From assembly GCA_003160635.1 (NCBI GenBank), contig PMLV01000229.1:3214-67213 (forward strand): DNA of 64,000 nucleotides, read 5' to 3'. A model generated the notes under the pieces. The model was not told the DNA's origin, made no database searches, and worked only from the letters and a program-made list of their open reading frames with translations. Shown in pieces: positions 35,000-43,811 of this stretch; position 1 is the first letter of the stretch; each line of letters opens with the position of its first letter. Both the position numbers and the translations under genes were made by a program. Source of the stretch: Acidimicrobiaceae bacterium (GTDB lineage Bacteria; Actinomycetota; Acidimicrobiia; Acidimicrobiales; RAAP-2).

Positions 35000-36770
35000 A
35001 TGATCGGGGGCTGACCTGTACGACCTGCTCGTCAAGGGCGGGACCGTCGTCGATGGCTCGGGGCGACCGGGGTTCACCGCAGACGTCGCCGTCACCGCCG
35101 GACGGATCGTGGCCATCGGCGCCTCGACCGGTGCCGCCCGTCACGTGGTCGACGCCACCGGCCTGGTCGTCTGCCCCGGATTCATCGACGTGCACACCCA
35201 TTACGACGCACAGGTCTTCTGGGACCCCACCCTCTCCCCCTCGTCGCACCACGGCGTCACCACCGTCGTGGCCGGCAACTGCGGCATCTCGCTGGCTCCG
35301 GTCGACCCGTCGACGATCGACTTCCTCGTCGGCCTGCTCTCCCGCGTCGAGGCCATCCCGTTGGCCGCACTCGAAGCGGGGCTGGAATTCAGGTGGGAGA
35401 CCTTTGCCCAGTACCTGAGCGCCGTGGCGCAGTGCGCGCCCGCCGTGAACATCGGTTTCCTCGCCGGCCACTCCGCACTCCGCCGCTCGATCATGGGAGC
35501 GGCCGCCTCCGAACGCGCCGCGACGGACGACGAGCTGGTTCGGATGCGCGCCGGACTGGCCGAGGCCCTCTCGGCCGGAGCCATGGGATTCTCGAGCGCC
35601 ACCGCGGCGACCCACCGCGACGGCTCGGGTGTTCCCACGCCGCCCACCTTCGCCACCAACGAGGAGCTGATCACGCTGGCCGCGGCGTGCCGCGACTACC
35701 CCGGGACCAGCGTGGAGTTCATCCCTGCCTCGGCCGCCTATGGCTTCATTCCCGAGGAGTACGACCTCTTGACCAACATGGCCGCGGCGGCGGGCCGGCC
35801 GCTCAACTGGAACACGGTCCTTCTCGACTACCCGGCCATACCCGACATCCACGAACGCCAACTCGCCTCGGCCGATGTTGCGGCGGCGGCCGGGGCCGTG
35901 GTCGTCCCGATGATGATCCCGCACAACTTCCGGGTCCGGACCGATTTCTTGGAGAGCGACGTCGGCTTCCGCTCCCTGCCCGCGTTCGAGGGCCTGTTCG
36001 ACCTCGCCCCCGCCGCCCGCATCCGGGCCCTGGCCGACCCGGCGATGCGCCGGCGCCTCCACGAGAGCCTGGAGCACGCGCCGATCGGGGCGACCGCCAT
36101 GTTCTCCGCCAGCCTCCACGAGCACATCGTCAGCGACTCGGGTGTGCCGGCGCTGCAACCGGCCATAGGGCGGCCCGTGGCCGAGCTCGCCGCGGAACAG
36201 GGGCAATCGGTGCTCGATGTCATGCTCGACCTGGCGGTGGCCGGTGGGCTCGACGTCGGCTTCGTCCGTCACCTCGTCCCGACCGCCACGGCCGCACAAC
36301 GATCCAAGCGGGCGACCGTCCTGCGCGACCCGAGGGTGGTGCTCGGGGCGTCCGACGGAGGTGCGCACCTGCGCGGCGTCATCAACGCGGAGTACAGCAC
36401 GGCCTCCTTCGACGAGCTCGTACGCCGGGAGCACGTGTTCAGCATCGAGGAACTGGTGCACGAGTTCACGGACGTCCCGGCGCGCCTCTACGGCCTGGTC
36501 GATCGGGGGCGGATCCGCCAAGGCTTCCACGCCGACCTCACCGTGTTCGATCCGGACCGGATCGCCGCGTCACCGGTGCACCTGGCCCGGGACCTCCCCG
36601 GTGGCGCAGCCCGGCTCCTCAGCCGCGGCCTCGGCATCCAATCGGTGATCGTGGGCGGCGAGGAAATCGTCCACGAGGGGGAATTCACCGGGTGCAGGCC
36701 TGGTCGCGTCCTGCGCGCCGGGATCGACTCGGTGTCGGGCGGCCCGCCGCACCGTGTCGACCTGCCGTGA
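35000..36770 (+). CDS. N-acyl-D-amino-acid deacylase family amidohydrolase; 5' end ambiguous (apparent 1-nt frameshift in G5 run 35006..35010)
   Basis: The coding frame is open from 35004 and encodes ..ADLYDLLVKGGTVVDGSGRPG..PGFIDVHTHYD..TTVVAGNCG. That frame has no ATG/GTG/TTG before GTG 35109 (the track start), which would delete the conserved N-terminal strand. ATG 34982 and ATG 35000 are in the adjacent frame and stop at 35012-35014. Confidence 0.7.
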
Positions 36771-36927
36771 CCCCCCCTGCCCCCGCTCGCCTTCACTCTT
36801 TCGCATCCACCCGACCAGCGTCGACACCGACATGATCCATAATCTGGACATGTATGCACTCTTGATGCCCTCCATCACCAGGGTCGCGCTCCCGGTCGAT
36901 GCCGGCTCCATCACCAAGTAACGATCG

Positions 36928-38850
36928 GTGACCATCAACGACAGCGACCAGGCGTCGCGCAACGGGACCACGCCCGGAGGCGGCGTCGTGGGGCGCTCCC
37001 GAGAGCTCGAGCTCCTACGGGCCGCGGTCACCGCAGGCCGCGATGTCCTCCTCGAAGGCCCTCCTGGCACCAGCAAGACCACCATGTTGCGCGCCATCAC
37101 CTCCGAATGGGGCATTCCCCTCCTGTTCGTCGAGGGGAACGCCGACCTCACGACGGGCAAGCTCGTCGGCCACCACGCGCCCGATCGCGTGCTGCGCGAG
37201 GGGTACCAGGCGGAGAATTTCATCGACGGTCCCCTGGTCGAGGCCATGCGGCTCGGCGGCTTCCTCTACATCGAAGAGCTCAACCGCAGCCCCCAGGACA
37301 CGCTCAACACCCTCCTCTCCGCCATCGGCGACCGGCGGCTGACCATTCCCCGGATCGGCACCATCACCGCCCTGCCGACGTTCAGGCTGATCGCATCGAT
37401 GAATCCCTTCGACAACGTGGGCACGATGCGCATCTCCATGAGCATCTACGACCGGCTCTGCCGGCTCGCCGTGGGCTACCAGGACGAGGCTCTCGAACGG
37501 GAGATCGTCGAGCGTCGGGCCAGCACCGTCCTCGATCCGCTCGGGCGTGACGACCGCCTGGTGCGAGATGCCGTCGCGTTGGTGCGGGCCACCCGGGTGC
37601 ATCCCGACATCCGCCACGGGAGCAGCGTGCGGGGAGCCATCGACACCGTGCTGGTGGCCCGCGAGCTCGGCCGCACCAGGCATGTCGCCGTCGACCTCCC
37701 CGGCACGGTGCGCCGGCCGGGTGCGGGGTACACGACGCTCGTGCTCGACGCCATCACCGTGGCGCTCTCCGGACGGATGCAGCTCGACCCGGCGGCCGCG
37801 CTGACACCCGAAGAGGTGCTCCGCGACATATGGGAGACCTACTTCCTCAGCCTCGCCGCGGCAGCGGGCGGGGAGCATGAAGTGGCCGCCGACGGCCCGC
37901 TCCAGCGCACGGCGGCGGGCGACGGGAAGGTCCCCTTCCGGCGCAAACCCAAGACCCTCGACGAGGCGCCACAGCTCTTCGTCCCGTCACCCAACGGGGC
38001 GAACGGCGTCGCGCTCCGCAGCAGCGGCCTTCTCCCCCAGCCTCCGCCCCCGCGCGCCGACGAGCGCACGAGGCCCGGGCAGAGCGACGACGAGGGGGAG
38101 CTGCAACCGTTGGCCGAATCGTCGGCCGACACCGAGGTCGCCCGCCGGGCCCATGAGATCGCCTCCCGCCTGGCCCTGCTGCGGCGGCGCGACCAACGAC
38201 CCCGCAGCGGCGGGCGCGGGGTACTCCAGCGTGCGCCATTCGACGGCGGCTCGGACGAGATCGATCTCGATGCCACCATGGACGCCCTCCTCGAGGGTCC
38301 CGACATCGCACCCGAAGACGTGATCGTGCGGACACGGCTCCTGCACCCCCGCGCCATCGCCCTCCTGGTGGACATCTCGGGCTCGATGCGAGGCGAGCGG
38401 GTGCGCACGGCGGCCGCCACCGTCGGGGCGCTGGCCGGGGAGATGGGGGACGATCACCTGGCCGTCATCGCCTTCTGGTCCGATGCCGCGTTGCTGCTCC
38501 CGCTCGGTGAGCCCGTCGAGCCGGCCACGCTCATGGAGACCCTGCTGCGGCTCCCGGCCCGGGGCCTCACCAACGTCGGTTTCCCGCTCGAGCTGGCCCG
38601 CAAGGAGCTCGCCGGTGCCCGCACGACGCACACGCGTACGGTGCTCCTGTCCGACTGCGTCCACAACGCCGGGGCCGACCCCGTCCCGCTGGCCGCCGGT
38701 CTGGAACGCCTGGACATCCTGCTCGACGTGAGCGGTGAGCACGACCGCCAGCTCGCCCGCGAGATGGCGCACGCCGGCCGGGGCCGCTTCTCCCCCGTCC
38801 GGACGCACCGCGACGTCGCCCCGGCACTGGATGCGATCTTCGACGAGTGA
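36928..38850 (+). CDS. fused MoxR/AAA_5-type AAA+ ATPase - Pro/acidic linker - von Willebrand factor A (VWA) domain protein
   Basis: Walker A GPPGTSKT, Walker B FLYIEEL and sensor-1 LIASMNP. Linker is LLPQPPPPRADERTRPGQSDDEGE. The VWA MIDAS site is DISGSM plus later LTNVG and LLSDC. 640 aa, GTG start. Confidence 0.8.
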   Translation: MTINDSDQASRNGTTPGGGVVGRSRELELLRAAVTAGRDVLLEGPPGTSKTTMLRAITSEWGIPLLFVEGNADLTTGKLVGHHAPDRVLREGYQAENFIDGPLVEAMRLGGFLYIEELNRSPQDTLNTLLSAIGDRRLTIPRIGTITALPTFRLIASMNPFDNVGTMRISMSIYDRLCRLAVGYQDEALEREIVERRASTVLDPLGRDDRLVRDAVALVRATRVHPDIRHGSSVRGAIDTVLVARELGRTRHVAVDLPGTVRRPGAGYTTLVLDAITVALSGRMQLDPAAALTPEEVLRDIWETYFLSLAAAAGGEHEVAADGPLQRTAAGDGKVPFRRKPKTLDEAPQLFVPSPNGANGVALRSSGLLPQPPPPRADERTRPGQSDDEGELQPLAESSADTEVARRAHEIASRLALLRRRDQRPRSGGRGVLQRAPFDGGSDEIDLDATMDALLEGPDIAPEDVIVRTRLLHPRAIALLVDISGSMRGERVRTAAATVGALAGEMGDDHLAVIAFWSDAALLLPLGEPVEPATLMETLLRLPARGLTNVGFPLELARKELAGARTTHTRTVLLSDCVHNAGADPVPLAAGLERLDILLDVSGEHDRQLAREMAHAGRGRFSPVRTHRDVAPALDAIFDE

Positions 38851-38856
38851 GCGCGT

Positions 38857-40554
38857 TCAGAAGTTGGGGCCGGTGTCGATCCCTGCCTTGAGGACCCGAC
38901 CGGGCCGTTCTCCGGTGAGTGTGCCGGCCGAGGCGATCTCGGTCCGGTTGACGAAGACGTGCTCGATCCCCACGGGCTGGCTGAACAGGCGGCCCGCCCC
39001 ACCGGGAAGGTCGTCCTGCCAGCTGACCCGCCCCGGGGCGATCACAGCGGGGTCGAAGAGGAGCACGTCGGCCCGAAAGCCGTCCTCGATGCGACCCATG
39101 TCCCTCATGCCGTAGAGAGTGGCCGGCACGTCGGTCAGTGAGCGAATGAGCGGGGGCAGCGGCATGGCCGCTCGCTCCCGGGCCATGGCCAAGAGGGCGA
39201 CGGGGTAGTCGAACGTCGACAACATGTCGATGTGCGCGCCGGCATCGGAGGCGCCCATGATCACCCGCGGGTCCTGCCAGCTCTCCAGGCGCAACTTCCA
39301 ACTGGCGGGATCATCGCCGATCGGCGCCCGATTGAACCCCGTGCGGATGTCGGCCGTAGCCAGGTCGCAGAGCACATCGAAGGGCTCTGCCCCGCGCTCG
39401 CGAGCCAGGTCACCAAGGAGGCGACCCTCCGTGGCCCGGGTGTCATCGGTGTACGTGTCGAGGACGCGGAGATTCTCGAACCTGGTCAACCCCAGTGTGG
39501 CCTTGTCGCCCTGCTCGGCCAGCTCTCGAAGCCGCTCACGTTCGACGGGGTCGTTCAACCGGCGCACGATCTCGTCGGGCGCCAGGGCCATCGTCTCCGA
39601 CCAGCCCGGAATGGCGTCGAAGGCCGAGCTCAACAACGAGACCCGCGCCTGCATGGGCCCGGGGTAGCTCAGTGCCACCACGCGACCGCCGTGCGCCGCG
39701 GCGTGATCCGAGGCGGCCAGCTTCCCCGCGCACTCTTCGGCATCGAGGGTGAGGAGGACGTTCCAGTTGAGCGGAGAGCGAGCGGCCACTGACATCTTCG
39801 TCATCAGATCGACGTGCGCCTCACTGAACGGGTGCATGGTGGGGATGAATTCGACCTGCGTCCCTGGAAAGGCGGCCAACTCCTCGCACAGCCCGATCAG
39901 CTCCGCCGTGCCGGCATGGCGAGAGGGCACGGGGTCACCGTTGCCGTCGAAGTGGGCTCCGCCCCACGAGGAGGAAAATCCCATGGCCCCGGCTTCCAAC
40001 GCATGGCGCAGGGACTGGCGCAAGCCGGCCATCGAGGCGGGTGTCAGGGTCTCGGTGCCACTCTCGACACCGAGCACGTTGCGACGCAGGGCCGAATGAC
40101 CGACCATGGCACCAAAATTGAGGGCGGGCCCCACGCGCTCGACGGCGGACAGGTACTCGCCGAAGGTGCTCCAGTTCCACGGCACCCCTTCCTGCAACGC
40201 GCCGAGTGGAATCCCCTCCACCCGAGCCAGCAGTCGCATCATGTAGTCGGCATCGGACTCGTCCAACGGGGCGATGGAGAACCCGCAGTTGCCGGCTACC
40301 ACCGTTGTCACACCATGAAGGGACGACGGCGTGAGAAAGGGATCCCAAAAGACCTGTGCGTCAAAGTGGGTATGGACGTCGACGAATCCGGGGCACAGCA
40401 CCAATCCCGCTGCGTCGATGCGGCGACGGGCCAGCGCGCCGCGCTCGGCCTCGCCGAGGTGCAGTCGCCCCCCTTCGATCCCGACGGACATCACGACGGC
40501 ATCGTTCCCCGTGCCGTCGACCACGGTGGCGCCCTCGATCAGGACATCACGCAT
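38857..40554 (-). CDS. N-acyl-D-amino-acid deacylase family amidohydrolase
   Basis: ATG 40554 (MRDVLIEGATVVDGTGND). Motifs PGFVDVHTHFDAQVFWDP and TTVVAGNCGFSIAPL, the closest paralog of 35000..36770. The track start 40677 would overlap the upstream SDR extensively. Confidence 0.85.
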   Translation of the reverse strand: MRDVLIEGATVVDGTGNDAVVMSVGIEGGRLHLGEAERGALARRRIDAAGLVLCPGFVDVHTHFDAQVFWDPFLTPSSLHGVTTVVAGNCGFSIAPLDESDADYMMRLLARVEGIPLGALQEGVPWNWSTFGEYLSAVERVGPALNFGAMVGHSALRRNVLGVESGTETLTPASMAGLRQSLRHALEAGAMGFSSSWGGAHFDGNGDPVPSRHAGTAELIGLCEELAAFPGTQVEFIPTMHPFSEAHVDLMTKMSVAARSPLNWNVLLTLDAEECAGKLAASDHAAAHGGRVVALSYPGPMQARVSLLSSAFDAIPGWSETMALAPDEIVRRLNDPVERERLRELAEQGDKATLGLTRFENLRVLDTYTDDTRATEGRLLGDLARERGAEPFDVLCDLATADIRTGFNRAPIGDDPASWKLRLESWQDPRVIMGASDAGAHIDMLSTFDYPVALLAMARERAAMPLPPLIRSLTDVPATLYGMRDMGRIEDGFRADVLLFDPAVIAPGRVSWQDDLPGGAGRLFSQPVGIEHVFVNRTEIASAGTLTGERPGRVLKAGIDTGPNF

Positions 40555-41317
40555 TGCCCGCTCCCCCCGTTGGCAAGAAGTCCTCCATGTCGATGGGGCT
40601 GAAGAGGGACAATCCCCCGTCGGCCGCCAGCACCTGACCAGTGACCCATTCCAGGTCCGAGAGTGTGACCGCGGCATCGGCCACGTGCCGCGGGTCGCCG
40701 AACCCGCCGAGCGGGGTGCGGTGTGTCATGGCCTCCCGGTAACCGATGAGTGTCGTGTCGGTCTTCTGCGCCATGGGCGTGTCGGTCACCCCGGGTGCCA
40801 CGACGTTCACCCGGATGCCGGCGTGCCCGAGTTCGGCCGCCGCCACCTTGGCCAGCGCGATGGCTCCGGCCTTGGCCGAGTTGTAGTGCGCCATCCGGCG
40901 GTCGACCAGGAATCCGCACACGGAGCTGGTGACGACCATCGACCCACCGGTGCCGGCGGCCAGCATGATCTTGGCCGTCTCCCGGAGGGTGAGGAATACC
41001 CCACGGAGGTCCACCGACTGGACGCGGTCCCATTCCTCGGCCGAGATGTCGACGATGGCCCCCGAGGCCCCTACCCCGGCGTTGAGGAAGGCCCGGTCCA
41101 GCCCGCCCAGGCGCTCGGCCGCCTCTGCCACCCCGGCGACGACGTTGGCCTCATCGGTGATGTCGCAGGCGATGAACGCGGCGTCCACGTCGCCATGTGG
41201 CTTTTGCACATCCAAGATCACCACGCGGGTGCCGGTGCGCGCGAGCCTCCCCACGATGGAACTGCCGATGCCCGACGACCCACCGGTGACGATGGCGTGC
41301 TTTCCCGCGTGCGGCAT
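40547..41317 (-). CDS. SDR family oxidoreductase
   Basis: The C-terminal 256 aa of the 602-aa track ORF. ATG 41317 follows GAGGGGAG. Motifs HAIVTGGSSGIG, NAGV and YNSAKAG. 8-nt overlap with the next gene. Confidence 0.85.
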   Translation of the reverse strand: MPHAGKHAIVTGGSSGIGSSIVGRLARTGTRVVILDVQKPHGDVDAAFIACDITDEANVVAGVAEAAERLGGLDRAFLNAGVGASGAIVDISAEEWDRVQSVDLRGVFLTLRETAKIMLAAGTGGSMVVTSSVCGFLVDRRMAHYNSAKAGAIALAKVAAAELGHAGIRVNVVAPGVTDTPMAQKTDTTLIGYREAMTHRTPLGGFGDPRHVADAAVTLSDLEWVTGQVLAADGGLSLFSPIDMEDFLPTGGAGNA

Positions 41318-41352
41318 GCGCTCCCCTCTCTGGACCGGTGGGCCTCGGCCCT

Positions 41353-42591
41353 TCAGCGTTCGATGCCGAACTGCGCCAGGTCGTAACAGGCGATGGCATT
41401 GGCGCGCAGGAATTGGCGCGTCTCGTTGGCCGACAGCCCTGACTCGGCGATCATCTTCTCCGCCACCAGTCTGGATTCGGGAAAGGTCGAGTCGGCGTGC
41501 GGATAGTCGGTCTCGAACATGATCTGGCTCATCCCGACATGATCGCGGAGGGCGAGGCCCACCGAGTCGTCGAACACGCAGGCGAAGACCCGATCGGGGA
41601 CGTACGAACTCGGGGGTTCGGGAATGAGGTCGTAGATGGTCGGGTCGTAATTCTTGCTCCGCCTCCAGGCGCTGTCCAGGCGCTCGAGGATGAACGGCAT
41701 CCACCCGACCTGGCTCTCGCTCAGCGCGATCTTGAGGCTCGGGTACCGAGCCAGCGCGCCGCACAGCAGCCAGTCCACGAGCGCATGGACAGAGTTCTCC
41801 GATGTGAGGGCCACCATGGCGATCATCGGGGCACCCGGAGACGTCTGCGACTGCTTCGAGGATGAGCCGATGTGCATGTTGATGACGGTGTTCGTCTCGG
41901 CGCACGCGGCGAAGAAGGGCTCCCACTCGCCGGTGTGGATGCTCGGGAGACCGAGCTCCGACGGGCTCTCCGAGAACGCCACCGCATGCGAGCCCAGGTC
42001 GGCGCAACGGCGCACCTCGGCTGCGGCCAGTGCGGGATCCCACAGGGGAACGAGCGTCAAGGGGATCAAGCGGCCGGCACCCGCCCCGGCGCACCACTCC
42101 TCGATCATGAAGTCGTTGTAGGCCTTGACGCAGAGGTGTGCCAGCTCCATGTCCTGGCGCTCGAGGAACAGCTGGCCGCAAAATCGGGGCACCGTGGGGA
42201 AGCACAGGCTGGCCTCGGTGTGGTTGATGTCCATGTCGGCCAACCGGTGGCCCTGGTCGAAACAGCCTGGCAGCAGATCGTCGTACGTCAGAGCGGTCGT
42301 CGCCGGAAGCAGGGCGGTGGGGCCGACCGCGGCAAAGGCCGCGTGCATCGGCCATAACGTGTCCTCGTAGTACCAGACGTCACACCAGCGGGCCTCGGGC
42401 CCCCCTCCGGCGGCGAAGCCTGGCTGCCCGAGTGGGCTGTAGACCACCTGGCCCTTCTGGCGCTGCACGCGCGGGCCCTGCTCCTTGTACCTGGAGGGGA
42501 GGCGGTCCTGCCAGAGCCCATGGGGCTCGACGAGATGGTCGTCGACCGAGATGAATCTCGGTAGCTCAAAACCTTGCTCTTCCTCTTCCAT
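41353..42591 (-). CDS. amidohydrolase 2 family protein (PF04909)
   Basis: ATG 42591 (MEEEEQGFELPRFISVDDHLVEP). Motifs NMHIGSS and FETDYPHADS. The track start 42702 reads through the tandem repeat as (REIVD)x3 and is unlikely. Confidence 0.8.
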   Translation of the reverse strand: MEEEEQGFELPRFISVDDHLVEPHGLWQDRLPSRYKEQGPRVQRQKGQVVYSPLGQPGFAAGGGPEARWCDVWYYEDTLWPMHAAFAAVGPTALLPATTALTYDDLLPGCFDQGHRLADMDINHTEASLCFPTVPRFCGQLFLERQDMELAHLCVKAYNDFMIEEWCAGAGAGRLIPLTLVPLWDPALAAAEVRRCADLGSHAVAFSESPSELGLPSIHTGEWEPFFAACAETNTVINMHIGSSSKQSQTSPGAPMIAMVALTSENSVHALVDWLLCGALARYPSLKIALSESQVGWMPFILERLDSAWRRSKNYDPTIYDLIPEPPSSYVPDRVFACVFDDSVGLALRDHVGMSQIMFETDYPHADSTFPESRLVAEKMIAESGLSANETRQFLRANAIACYDLAQFGIER

Positions 42592-42599
42592 CTGGATCT

Positions 42600-42644
42600 C
42601 CCGATCTACAATTTCCCGATCTACAATTTCCCGATCTACAATTT
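42600..42644 (-). repeat. perfect 15-bp tandem repeat x3, each copy containing an in-frame TAG
   Basis: Plus strand reads (cccgatctacaattt)x3. Minus strand reads ..GTG AAA TTG TAG ATC GGG AAA TTG TAG ATC GGG AAA TTG TAG ATC GGG AGA TCC AG ATG. Confidence 0.95.
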
Positions 42645-43334
42645 CACGGAGTAGTGCAACTCGACGGCCTGGCGCACGACGCCGGAGGCGTCGCCCGTCC
42701 ACCCGGCCGCTTCCGCCCGCGCCAGCGCCGACTCACCCTTTTGATATGCGTCGTAGGCCTCGGCGGACTCGAATCCCAGCTCCCACACGTGGGTCCACTG
42801 CGAGGGGGGAAGCATCGGCGTCACGCCGTCGAACCATGCCACTCCGAACGTGTTCGGCTCGACCACCGAGAGGACCACGCCGTCTTCGGATCCGGCCAGG
42901 CTGCGCAAGGACTCGATGAACGACGTCTGTTCCTCGTCAGGGCCCTCGAGACCGAAGAGCACGACCTTGCGCGTGCCGTCGTGCATCAGATACACGGGAC
43001 CGTCGCAGGCGTATCCGACGAGTGTGCCGTCTCCCAAGGGGCTGTTCCCGACGATGCGCTCGGGACAGTCGTTGAGAAGGTAACGGTCCAAGATGTTGGC
43101 GTGGAAGGGATGCACCATGTAGCGCTGGTAGGCCTCCGGTGACGCATACCCGTGTTCCCACACCATGTCGACGTCGACGTCGGACAGGTTCTTCCCCACC
43201 ACCGAGTGGGTCATCTCCGGGATGAAATCCCCGCAACGCCGGAATGCCTCCTCGAGCTGGAGCACCTTTTCCGGCGCGGCACCCTCGGCCATCGTGTAGA
43301 TCTCAAAGCGTCTCAGCACCCCTGGTACCCCCAA
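42636..43334 (-). CDS. tandem Dabb (stress-responsive dimeric alpha+beta barrel) domain protein
   Basis: Two Dabb-like halves: VLRRFEIYTM..IPEMTHSVVGKN..WEHGYASPEAYQRYMVHPFH and KVVLFGLEG..THVWELGFESAEAYDAYQ. The start is TTG 43334 or GTG 43319. Confidence 0.65.
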   Translation of the reverse strand: MGVPGVLRRFEIYTMAEGAAPEKVLQLEEAFRRCGDFIPEMTHSVVGKNLSDVDVDMVWEHGYASPEAYQRYMVHPFHANILDRYLLNDCPERIVGNSPLGDGTLVGYACDGPVYLMHDGTRKVVLFGLEGPDEEQTSFIESLRSLAGSEDGVVLSVVEPNTFGVAWFDGVTPMLPPSQWTHVWELGFESAEAYDAYQKGESALARAEAAGWTGDASGVVRQAVELHYSVKL

Positions 43335-43381
43335 GCCCTTCGGCGAACGTTGCGGTCGGTCACGCGGTCAGTCGACACCCT

Positions 43382-43702
43382 TCACTGCAGCGGCGAGAAC
43401 GACGCCGGGTAGAAGAACCGGCGCGTCCCCCCGCTGCGGAGCTGTGCGATCTTCTGGGAGTACTCGTAGTAACGGGGGTCGAGCACCATGTTCTTGCGGA
43501 TGACGTTCCACTCGACGTGATCCTTGAACGACCAGATGGTCTTGACGCTGACCTCTTCCCCGAGCTCGCCCGACGTCTCCCAGCACGAGACGAACCCCGC
43601 ACCGGCATCGGTCATCACCGGCACGGCTTCGGCCTCCACGAGTCGCAGGTACTCCTTGGCGTTTCCCGGATCCATCTGCACCGTATCGACGACGTACGCC
43701 AT
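43382..43702 (-). CDS. NIPSNAP-like small alpha+beta barrel protein
   Basis: 106 aa with a strong GGGGGGAGG RBS. The pattern ..FVSCWETSGELGEEVSVKTIWSFKD.. ending FYPASFSPLQ resembles the NIPSNAP family. Confidence 0.55.
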   Translation of the reverse strand: MAYVVDTVQMDPGNAKEYLRLVEAEAVPVMTDAGAGFVSCWETSGELGEEVSVKTIWSFKDHVEWNVIRKNMVLDPRYYEYSQKIAQLRSGGTRRFFYPASFSPLQ

Positions 43703-43811
43703 GTCCGACCTCCCCCCACTTCGCGGTGCGTTGTTTCTATAAGCATTGACAGGTTACGGCAGCGGGGCGCGGGTGGCAACGGTGGCGCGGGGCGCGGACC
43801 TCCGTCCTGCC

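Noticed and set aside
36832-36921. 29-codon ORF (MIHNLDMYALLMPSITRVALPVDAGSITK*) in the AT-rich spacer upstream of the MoxR-VWA gene.
   Set aside because: It has no Shine-Dalgarno and atypical low-GC codons at its 5' end. It overlaps a -10-like CATAAT (36838..36843), so the region is more likely promoter DNA than coding.
36928-38850. MoxR-VWA protein as part of an anti-phage / conflict system (MoxR-vWA ternary-type).
   Set aside because: No associated effector, beta-propeller, STAND NTPase, protease or nuclease genes are nearby. The neighbourhood is purely metabolic, so a chaperone/activase role fits better.
10217-42644. The three short tandem repeats (10217..10261, 29459..29509, 42600..42644) considered as a degenerate CRISPR array or mobile-element ends.
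   Set aside because: The units are 15-17 bp, directly abutting with no spacers, three copies only. There are no cas, transposase or integrase genes and no flanking inverted repeats. They are reported as simple tandem repeats instead.
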